A stretch of 63,591 bases of DNA, the filler included, from Kipferlia bialata (taxonomy: Eukaryota): assembly GCA_003568945.1 (NCBI GenBank). It is 7 parts of 6 records of this genome, joined end to end, with 100 filler letters (N's around TTAATTAATTAA, not from the genome) between each part and the next. Parts side by side here need not be neighbours in the genome. Positions count along the whole stretch, not along the records: positions 49,435 to 55,673 come from BDIP01000483.1; positions 55,774 to 59,735 come from BDIP01000499.1; positions 59,836 to 63,591 come from BDIP01000553.1; 4 more parts are not named here. One strand, written 5' to 3'. Below are positions 52,751 to 63,591 of the stretch, piece after piece; within the stretch, counting starts at the first letter, position 1, and each line of letters begins with the position of its first letter. A program made the translations under genes and the position numbers. Under the pieces are notes generated by a model. The model worked only from the letters and a program-made list of their open reading frames with translations. It did no database searches and was not told the origin of the DNA.

Positions 52751-55607
52751 GTATATACATGGTGGAGAGCTGGGACTCGGAGGGGGCTCCCATGGCTAGG
52801 ATTAGTAGGATGAGACTGTACTTACATATATATAGAGAGAGTAAAGTTATCGATAGGAATGTGTGTTGCATATGCATGAGGGAGGAGAGGTGGGACGAAG
52901 AGGTGGCGCCCATGGCTGGGGTGGGGAGTATAGAGCGGGTACTCGGCTAAATAGGATCACCCTATATGAATACATATATACTCACCCTGCAGCAGCATAG
53001 CATTGACACTGGATGCCACACCCTCTCTGAAGGCAGGGTCGCTGGTGTTAGCGGTTATATATAGATAGATAGATAGATACACACATCCATATCTCAACAT
53101 ACAGAATAACCTGACAATGCACAAACACAAACATATGTAAAGATAGGAGTATAATCCAACACATAACAGAAATGCCTTCCGGCCTAATTCTATGGTATAT
53201 ATGTATACTGTCTCACACATATACATTGATACCCACCTGAACTGCCTTGCATACAATGAAATCATATATATATATATTCTATTTCATATATTCATATATA
53301 TTCATTAACAGCCCACCTGAACTGCCTTGCTGCCTTGGCCTCGGGTGCCACAAACACAAGCATCAGGGACTGGGGGTTAACGGATGAATCTGTAAGTACA
53401 TATGATACACTATGTATGTATACCTCCAGACTAGGCAGGAGTGATGGGTTGGTATCCACCAGGGCTGTGGCATGGACACGCACAAGCTCAAGGGCCTGGG
53501 GGTGGAAGAAGACATACAAATATGTATGTTTCATTCTTTTATATATGAATATAGATATACGAATGCATGTACAAGCTCAAGGGCCCAGGGGGAGGGGAGA
53601 GACATATATACCTGAAAGTATATATAAATGTAAACACGTATGCATGAGGGTATTGGCACAAGCTCAAGGGCCTGGGGGGTGGAAAGAGACATATATGCCC
53701 GAAAGTATATTAAGACGTGTATATATATAGATGTATGTATGTATGTAATGGTACCAGCTCAAGGGCCTGGGGGAGAGGAGAGGTAAACAATGGCATATAG
53801 GTGTGTATACATGCAGACCAACCTCATCCTCCTGCCCTCTCCCTATGAGAGATGCTGTCTGCCTCTGCATACACGTGTATATACAAACACAATATATATA
53901 TACAATACCTCATCTTCCTGCCCCCTCCCTATGAGAGATGCTGTCTGTCTCTGCAGCAGAGACATGAGGGCAGAGGGGTGGGACTCAAAGAACTGGGTCA
54001 GATGTACTGAACTGTATGATGTACCTACTATACATATATATACATAATAATGGGGTGGGACTCAAAGAACTGAGGGGTGAGTTGACATACTAGATTAATA
54101 ATTCATATACTGTCATTCTAGCATAACAAATGTATTAATATTGTAGGAATGACATCAATGCAGAGGTAGGACTCAAAGAACTGAGGGTGAGAATAACACA
54201 TAAACTCATATATATATATATATATGTATATACAAGTATACAGTATGAAACATAAATTAATACATATACTATATCCACTTACATCCGGCATGATGTCGTT
54301 GATGAGGGTGATGGCAGAGGGGCACTGGTCAGACAGAATGGCATCCCTGGGGTTGGTAGTATGAATACATGCAATGGTATATATAACTGTTAATATACAC
54401 ATATTCATATAGAAATAACATAGCCATATACTGGTCTGACAGAATGGCATCCCTGCGAGTTAGTGACATACTATATGCTTATACAAATACTGGGTATTAG
54501 TGAGACTGTATATATATGACTAAATGCGTTGCCGTATGTGAAGGATACATGATCTCCCTGCTAGGAAGGACAACTGAAGACATGCTACTGAAAATACTAT
54601 CCCGACTACACTATAGTGTGTGTACTATTATATATAGATAGGTCTCTGATGCATGCCCTCTCTGCCAGGTACACTATACCATGTAGTACATATATATATA
54701 CATATATATATAGATACATATATATCTATACATATCCACACCTGATGCATGCCCTCTCTGCCAGGTAGTAGTTGCAGTGGGGGACTGAGGGTCAGGGGGG
54801 AATGGAAAGATAGACGATATATACTTACATACTTGTATGTTATGAATGTGGGGCACTGAGGGTCAGGGGGGGACATTGAGAGGGGGGTAAGGAGATAAGT
54901 ATAGACTAAGCAATGGACATACCCAGAGAGACACATAGTGGGAGAGAGAGAGAGAGAGGGAGAGATAAAGAGAGATACCTTCCAGTCCCGAGTCCTCTGC
55001 AAAGGCCAGGGCTGCATCCTGGGGGTGGGAGAGGGTGTATATATTGGACACATTATACACTCAACTTCATATGGTGTATATATCAGTGCAGTCTGGCGTT
55101 GTATCCTGGTATGGCAGCTAGAGACTTGAGGGAGAGAGAGCAGGCATACTCAGTACCATATATGTATACATATACATAGCATACACCACCCTTACCCTGA
55201 GCCCGTCTGGCAATGTAACAGAGAGATACTGTTTCTCCATCCATATATATATATTACTGTTCACCCTCACCTTGAGCCCCTCTGACACAAAGTAGTTGAG
55301 TACAAGGTTGTCAAGCTCTCTGGGGTGAGTAGATGAGAGGAAGGGTGTATGCGAACCAACACGGTTAATAAGACGGTAACGAGGGTGGGGAGGGGGGGGG
55401 GGGTACACTATGGATATACTGTTGACAAGGCACATAGGGCATACGTATAAATACCAGCAACAATTTCTCACAAATCCTAACATATCCACATACCTCTGCG
55501 GGATGTCTATCTCCTCCACATACAATATACATATGTACTATAAGGAGGTGATGAGGTATATTATACCTCTGCGGGATGTCTATCTCCTGTAGGGATGTGG
55601 CCCATGC
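51703..55607 (-). CDS. GID8: GID8/TWA1-like LisH-CTLH-CRA subunit of the CTLH/GID E3 ligase
   Basis: AWATSLQEIDIPQR-ELDNLVLNYFVSEGLK-DAALAFAEDSGLE (LisH), DAILSDQCPSAITLINDIMPD-FFE...LQRQ...ALELVR (CTLH), FREGVASSVNAMLL...SQLSTLMRICFCLQDEL...LKFP (CRA). Confidence 0.85.
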
Positions 55608-55785
55608 CTGTCTGGGGGTGGGGGGTGGGGGGGGGGGGGGGGGGGGGGAATATGAATAGAGAGAGGATATCAANNNNNNNNNNNNNNNNNNNNNNNNNNN
55701 NNNNNNNNNNNNNNNNNTTAATTAATTAANNNNNNNNNNNNNNNNNNNNNNNNNNNNNNNNNNNNNNNNNNNNGAAAAAAGAAAA

Positions 55786-55819
<34 letters not shown>

Positions 55820-55949
55820 GAAGGTCGAGCTACCTCAGGTATCCGCATATGGCTCTGTTGAACAGCTCGCATATATATATACATATCAAAGGTATGCCAA
55901 TATATAGGAGGCATACACACAGATGTGAAAGGAGTGAATATGTCATTAC

Positions 55950-57327
55950 CTGAGGTAGCCGCATATGGCTCTGTTGAACAGCCTTGATGCCACGGCTGGG
56001 TCCACAGCTGCTATGGGGTCGTCCAGGAGGGCAACGGCGGGTCTGCTGTAGAGGCATCTGGGGCGAGAATATACACGATACTCACAGTGTACTTGTACAT
56101 AGGAGTACTGGATATATCCGTGCGTACCTAGCCATGGCCACCCTAGCCTTCTGGCCTCCGGACAGGTTGATGCCCCTCTCGCCAATCTAGGGGGTGAGGG
56201 AGGGGAACAAGATTACTACTCAAGGCCGTGTGTCTATTCATATGGTATTCATATAAATATACACACATACACACCCACCTCTGTCTGGTCCCCTGCACTC
56301 AACTGCTTGATGTCGGGTATCAGACAGGACAGGTCCAGGACACGGTTGTACCTGGGGTAAGGGGAGAGTGGGGGAGATAGTCTATGAGAGAGAGAGAGAG
56401 TTGGACATATATATAGTACCTCTTCTCGTCGTATGTGTGTCCGAATGTGATGTTGTCTCTCAGTGTTGCATTGAGGAGGAATGGGTTCTGCCCCACCACA
56501 GCTATGCCGCCCTGCACTGTGATAGGGGGACAGGAGGGGTCAGACTCAGGGGTGGGGGAGGTCTGGACGGCCATCTCGCCTGGGTAAGACACATGTATTG
56601 CATACAAAACAACTATTCTCCTATAGGGGTACACTGTATATAAGTATATATGTCGCATTCCTTAACATACCTGCCAGGGCAGCCAGGAGGGACGTCTTGC
56701 CAGAGCCTGGGGGTAAGACAAGCAAGAGAGGCATATAGTGAGAGTTAGGCGTGCATGCGTACCTACGACTCCTCTGACCACGCATAGAGAGGGACCGGAG
56801 AAGGAGAGGGCCGGGAGGGAGAGAGAGAAGGGGACCAGCTGGGAGGGGGAGGGACACTCAGAGACTGCCTTGGAGGCAGCGCCGGACTTGGGCTTCTTGT
56901 CCTTCTTGAGGGCCTAGATGGTAAGGCGTAGAGAGACTGCATATATGTACAACATATATATATACATAATACATATATTTACTAGACTCGGGCTTCTTGT
57001 CCTTCTTGAGGGCCTGGGGGGTTAAAGAGAGACACTATGAATACAGTAATGCAATGACAAGGAATAGAGGTAATTACTAATACACGAATACAAATACATA
57101 TATACCTTTGAGAATGCCACGTTGGCAGCATCCACTGACGCCTGCTCCTCGGGTGTAGACCATGCCAGTGTGCAGGGGGAGACAGTCACAGAGGCAGGGA
57201 GGGAGGGATCGTGGTTGGGGCTGGACCTGGGGTGAGCACCTGCATCAATCATAATTATACATGAGGTAATAGGTATATGCAGAATGTGATGGGTGACTTA
57301 AGCATGTTCACAACTGTATGTTATGTT

Positions 57328-57362
<35 letters not shown>

Positions 57363-57796
57363 CACCTGGAGTCCAGAGCAGCACAAGGTGGGTGGGGGGT
57401 CAGGGCGAGGAAGGAACCGATTCTCCTGCCAGAGGCTACGGCCTTAGAGTCAGTATCGGTACATTGATGTGAATAGTACACAGTGTATCATATGTACACG
57501 TACCTCGTTGAGGGATGCTATGGTGCGGGGCATGGCGAAGAGGGGGAACCTCAGGATGGAGAACAGAGCCATGGCCTGAGGTCAGGTGAGTTGAGGGTTC
57601 TCTCATTACCATATCTTTGACACTGTAGATGTGTATATCGTATTGTATAGGATGTACCTGGAATGCGAGCAGGGGAGTGAGTGTGTCCCCCCCTGCCACA
57701 TACAGTCCAAACACAGACAGGGACACCATCAGGGGGATGGACTCCATGATGGCATACATGGCGGCCTGGAGGATGCCCATCTTCCTGGGGGGTAAG

Positions 57797-57836
<40 letters not shown>

Positions 57837-59588
57837 TTACATATACTAGATATATATATATAAGTATATATATATGTATTTATACAAGGATGGCATACAT
57901 GGCGGCCTGGAGGATGCCCATCTTCCTAGAGGGTGAGTATATATATATATATACTCTGACACAGACTAAATACAAATATATACACCATGACGGTACACAT
58001 GGCAGCATGGAGGATAGCCCATATATATATACTAGCAGCACTCACTTGAGCAGGGTGAGCTCGTGGTCCCTGGCCGTGGCAATGGCTAGGGAGGCAGAGG
58101 GCTCCATGCTGAACAGCTAATGGTTAGAGAGGGACAGGAAGGAGGAAGGAGGAAAGAAGACCAAGATACTACACATAATACAAGGAAAATTGACTATATA
58201 TAGATATATGAAATACCTTGACCACACTAATGCCAGTGAGGGTCTCAGTGACAAGCTTCATACGGGCATCGGACCTTGGGTGAGTAGATGACGCATAGAC
58301 AGTGATTCCATACACATATAAATATACATTGAGCCATCCCACCACCTTGACCAGACATGTTGTCCTGTGCTTGGAAGCATTGATACTACGCATTCATATA
58401 TATAATACATTACGTATAGAGAGAGAGTATGGTGCCCTCGTACCTGACCAGATATGCTGTCCTGTGCTTGAAGAGCTGTCTGGATATGTTGGCCTGGAGG
58501 GGCATGGCCAGGATCATGACTGGGGGGTGAGGGGATATATATATACATATATATACAAATAATATATATAGATGTAGATAGAGAGAGAGTGTGTGTGTGC
58601 GTGTCCACCTGCGATACCGACCAGGGACACTACGCCGAAGGACTGCCACAGCATGGTGACACACACAATGATCTGGAAGGGGATGCTCCACACAAGGTGC
58701 AGCTCAATGCTGATGCGCTTATACCTAGGGGTGGGGACAGTCAAGTTACTGACTATAGTATACACAATTCTATACCTTCCGGCATCGCTGAAGAGAAGGT
58801 TGACAACCTTTCCGATGGAGGCTGCCTGGGATGAGAACACAACACGCTGTCAGAAACACAAACGATACACCTCCCTCTACCGTTATCGTTCTTCTAAATA
58901 TATATACACACACTCTACCTGCAGAGTGTACTCAGAGAGGGCACTGATCTTCTGGTAGAGTAGGGCGCTGGTGCCTAGGTATGCACAGAGACCCAGGGTG
59001 AACACGTTCTGGAAGTACTGATGCAGCACAGCGGTCTGAAGGGTCCTAGAGGGTGAGACTGTCTAACAATTGCGAAGAGCTATGATATCTATGGAAGGGA
59101 GGTTGTAAGTGTGAATGGTACCTGAGAGCAAAGAGTGCCCCGATGTATATGGCGAGTAGTGCCCAGTCTGTCTCCCCTGTCTCCTTGGCATCGCTGATGA
59201 AGGAGAGCATCAGGTCTAGCATCACAGGGCCCACAAACAGGATGATGTCGTGGATCAGCTTCGGCAGGATGCCCCTATTATTAGAAAGGGAGTGACAATA
59301 GAATACTCACTATATGTTGGGGGGGAGGGGGAGGGGGAGGGGAAGGAGGTAGGGAGAGAGAGACTGAGTCAAGCACCCACCTAGTGAGCCATCCTGAGTA
59401 TGCCCTCAGCAGAACCTGGGGTGAGTACCTATAAGAGGGAGGAATGGAGAGGAACAGACCCAATGTGACATCAAACACTAGCAACCAATAGGTGGGGAGA
59501 ACGTACAGTAGAGTACCCTGTACCGGGCTCTGCCTTCTCCAGCTCTGCCTGGATCCTCTCCTTGTGGAGAGAGGTCCCATGCTCAGGA
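55950..59588 (-). CDS. ABCC (MRP-like) transporter, TMD1 plus NBD1 fragment
   Basis: IGKVVNLLFSDAGR, LHLVWSIPFQIIV, SDARMKLVTETLTGISVVK, Walker A GSGKTSLLAALAG, Q-loop VGQNPFLLNATLRDNITFG, signature GINLSGGQKARVAMAR, Walker B LLDDPIAAVD (the degenerate NBD1 typical of ABCC). Confidence 0.93.
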
Positions 59589-59835
59589 CTAGGGGTGAGT
59601 GGGAAGAAGGCAGAAGAGTAGCAATGTAGAGAAGAGAGAAGAGTTATACTCTCTGCCTGAGGGAATTGATAGCCAACACATATGGTCAGCCCCCCCCCCC
59701 CCCCCCCCCCCCACCCCCCCCACCTCTCCCCCCCCNNNNNNNNNNNNNNNNNNNNNNNNNNNNNNNNNNNNNNNNNNNNTTAATTAATTAANNNNNNNNN
59801 NNNNNNNNNNNNNNNNNNNNNNNNNNNNNNNNNNN

Positions 59836-59885
<50 letters not shown>

Positions 59886-59964
59886 GACGGCTACATATAT
59901 GGTATATACGCAGTATACCACCAATTCCACAGACGGTCAGGATGTGTTCACATATCTATGCATA

Positions 59965-62900
59965 CCTGGCCTGTTGGTACCCAGCATCCTGGACTCTGGG
60001 TGGAACTGGGTGACGTCTGCCTTGAGCGAGGCATGCAGGTCTAGGCGGGTCAGGAGGCTGGGGTCAGGACACAGGATACTGTCGGCACAACCACTCGTCA
60101 TTCAACCCATACCACTCTATAAAATAACCCATAGCCGAAGAGTGGAATGCCCGTACCCGTTGTGAGTGCTCTCTGCATAGGTACCCAGGACAGTGTGGAA
60201 CTGTCTGAAGAGAGGGTTCTCACAGTTAGTCATGAGGTCATGCACAAAGTGGTGCTCGGGGGCCTGGGGATGAGAGATGGAATGGACCTGTCATGTACAT
60301 GTATATCATTACAGGGAATACATCAATCATCCCGTCCCTATTAACCCCCTTACCTCTGTGACTGTGTGCAGTCTGGTGCTGTCTGAGTCACACCTGTAGG
60401 ACATGTAGCCTGGGGTGAGGCATACCGTAGCACCATGCTAATACAACCCATCCACACCCCAAACACACACCATACCTATTCTGACTATGGGGTATGTGTT
60501 CATGTCCTGCATAGAGGTGGAGTGCACAGAGGCCAGGACGTGCTCCTGAGTGGCCTGGGGGGTGAGACATCAAACGGCAGTGCAACAACCCAGTATTCAC
60601 GCAACGGTAGACTGAAGGGAGTATAGAGAGCAGAATCCACAACACACATGACGTGTACCTGCTCCTCGAACAGGGGCAGGAGGAATGTCCTTGCGATGCT
60701 CCTAGACACATCGAAGTCAGAGGAGGTCTCAGAACGCATGTACTGGGGTGGGTGGGGATGATGTATATATATGGACACCAGGACATGTACACAACCATAC
60801 ATACACACCACTACACTGCCCATCCCCACCTTGGCAATGACGTCAAGGATGGTCTTGATGTATGTGTGGAGGTAGCCAGAGGGCACCAGGGACTTGGGGG
60901 TCAGAACAGTCCGGTCAGCCTCCCTGGGGGTTAACGAGAGTGGTCATATACAGAGACCCAATAGGCAGGGCACCATACCTGATGATAGATATGGGTGTGG
61001 TCCAGAGGTTCTGGGTACTCTTGTATCCCAGGTCGACAGCCAGCTTGTCCTGGCGTAAGTAAAACGGTGTGTGGACCAAGGTGACCACATGAATACATGG
61101 TAACATACACGTTATACTCCTTGGTGTGCAGATACATTTGTGTATATATGTATCTATATGTATATACATATCCCCTACCTCCACGGTACCGTCTGCCTTG
61201 GCCATGGAGCGCTTGAAGAGCCTGAGGGTCAGAGGGAGAGGGATAGAGGGATATGGATAGAGGGGTATGGAAGTACTGTGACTACCACTGCCCATGCACC
61301 CCCCTGTACCCATACCTCTGGGCCTTGACCACCGGCATGTTTCTCTCCAGCTCGGCCATCACACCGTACTGGGCTGTGTACACAGGGCACTCAGACTCCT
61401 TGAACCTAGGGGGTCAGAGGCATTGTATAGAGAGTGTATGTATACATACTCGGTCATACTCACAACACCATGGTGGGAATGAAGTAGTGAACACCCCAGA
61501 TGACGTCCCAACGGTATATCATGATCAGCCACACCACGTATAGAGACACATACTAAACACACGTACTTGGCCCATCTGCAGCTGACGGAGCTGGTGGCGC
61601 TCTTGGACAGTACCTACAGGGTAAAGGGAGGGGGGGGATACAGTGAGACTGACACTAGTACTGACACATACTAGAGGGAGACTGTGAGATAGGGGCCACA
61701 CCACCCGTACCACTGCTGGTACGATGCGGGTGAGTATCTGGGTCACTGTGCTCTGGAGGGCAGACACGACAAGGGGGTTGGACACGTTCCTGACACATGA
61801 GAGGGCATCAGGGAGTGCACGAACGAAAAGTATAGTCACACATATATCTAGAGCCCCCACCTGGCGAGCAGGTTGAGCTGGTGCACAAGGTGGGAGACGT
61901 CCTGTAGTCTCATGAACTTGCCCTCGCCATACTTGAGCATGGCATCGAAGAGGCCTGGGGTGGGTATGGACACAGACATACAGAAGACACGTGTAACTCT
62001 ACACACCAACGGAATCCCTCAAGCACACACTATCCCCCTACCTACCACGCTGTCTGCCAGCTTCTGAAGGCTGTCCTCTGTGACAAAGGGACCGACCTCA
62101 GAGGTGGTGCGGTCAAGGATACCCCAGAACCTGACATGAGGGGAACATCAGAAGAGTATACAGTACCAGTACCAGTATCATATACACCGACATGACCCAC
62201 CCTCCCCCACCTGTGCGTGCATATGGGGATGCTGGACACGATGTAGTCGGCTGGGTTGAACTCACTCCACTCGTCTGAGCCTGGGGTGAGGGACATCGGA
62301 AGGTAAATCTTCAGAGAAGAAAGTGGTATATTCAGCTTCATACACAGTATGTATTATGGTTGAGAGAGGACACACGCACTTGTCTCCTTCCAGATCCTCT
62401 GCCCCACAAGGGTAAGGGCCCTGGCAAGAGCAGCGGGGTTGACATCGAAGCAGGCAGCCTGGAAGTGAGAGAGAAGGAGTGTGACCATGCACTCAGACCC
62501 ATATCCACATCGCATGCATGCCCCCCACCTCGACCAGTCTGGCCATGGCCTCTGTTCTGGTGGACTGCTCCTTGTGGCTGGGGGTGAGGGGGGGGAGGGG
62601 GGCTGAGAGACGCAATCATAACAGGTGTGCCATAGGGTATATGCCCCATCCGTACCTCATCCACTGGGACTGTAGCAGCTTGGCCTCGTACAGCCTGCCG
62701 GTGCCCCTGTATATGTTGGACGGGTATCTGAGGGTGAGACAGGAATACAGAACAGGGATTACCCATCCGGCTCAATGTCCACCCTATCTAAGTTAGCAAA
62801 CTGTCCCCCACCTGACCTTCTCCTCATCACACTGGAGGAGGCTGCATGCCAGCCACAGCTGCCTGGACCCCTTCTCAAGGTCGGCTGCAATGGCTAGGGG

Positions 62901-63538
62901 TCAGAGGGGACAGTGGCATGAGGCATGATGCATGATCCTATATACATGAGAGTGACACAGGTATGCAACAAGGCCTCACCCTCCTGCACAAATGCCGTCA
63001 GCCTCTCCTGGTTGGGTGCAAAGGGAGTGCCCCTCTTGACGGACTCAGAGAAGGCACGGTACAGCCTCTGGGGGTGAGACAGAACACAATCTATGCAAAG
63101 GAACCCGCATATACACAACCCGCATAGTATGCACCCCCACTCACGTCTGTTGTGAACACCCCGTCCTTCCTCTTGGGGGTGACCAGGGCCATATCAAGGG
63201 CTAGCTGGGACAGAACGGCCTGGGGTGGGGTAGGGGGGAGTTGGGATTGGGCTGTATACAAGTGCTGTGTTCAAACTGACAGTATGCACTCTCCCACCTT
63301 ATCCACGACTCTCACTCTGACAGCGGAGAGGTCTGAGCTGGAGGACTCGTCGTCATCCCAACGGTTGCGGCGCCTACGTCCGCCTGATATAAGCACTATA
63401 TATGTATGCACACCACTATGTACCAATAATACATTCGAGCATGTAGACACTGACTATTATCCACCCAACAAATACTCACTCCATACCTCCGTTGCTCTTG
63501 GCGAATGAGTTGCTGGAGGTGGCAGTGAAAGACTCAGC
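59965..63538 (-). CDS. Large hypothetical multi-exon protein (internal fragment)
   Basis: About 20 AG/GT-bounded exons that join in frame, e.g. AVLSQLALDMALVTPKRKDG, RLYRAFSESVKRG, YPSNIYRGTGRLYEAKLLQSQWM, AACFDVNPAALARAL, YMRSETSSDFDVSRSIARTFLLPLFEEQ; no family recognised. Confidence 0.6.
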
Positions 63539-63591
63539 CTAGAAGGTGAGATGGGGGGGGGGGGGGGGGGTAAAAAAAGGAAACCCGGGAA

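Noticed and set aside
58..63508. Most ORFs in the supplied track (YIYIYI, ERERER, LSLSLS, PPPP peptides)
   Set aside because: They are translations of intronic microsatellites or antisense/off-frame exons.

Overview
Intron-rich eukaryotic DNA, not prokaryotic. It is an artificial concatenation of about 7 contigs joined by N-padded TTAATTAATTAA spacers (18339-18438, 28787-28886, 39687-39786, 49335-49433, 55674-55773, 59736-59835), plus two plain N gaps, so adjacency across spacers carries no information. Genes consist of many short exons with GT..AG introns ending in a fused branch-point/acceptor (CTVACCCC(C)AG) and filled with (TA)n/(GA)n/poly-G. This suggests a free-living metamonad (Kipferlia-like; inference only). 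The ORF track is mostly noise, so I spliced the genes by hand. Recognisable products: multi-module CbbX/SpoVK-type AAA ATPase, CDK10/11-like kinase, acylphosphatase, EFHC1/Rib72 DM10 protein, kelch protein, synapsin-like ATP-grasp protein, MFS, ABCA and ABCC transporters, GID8/TWA1, a possible RPA43-like protein and several unknowns. Most notable: (1) a gene resembling bacteriophage tail-fibre/virion proteins that carries five spliceosomal introns; (2) pervasive intronic 'echo' copies of exon ends with their splice sites; (3) arrays of candidate alternative terminal exons; (4) a synapsin homologue with a C-terminal membrane anchor and an apparent GT-AT intron. All family assignments rest on recalled motifs, not database searches.
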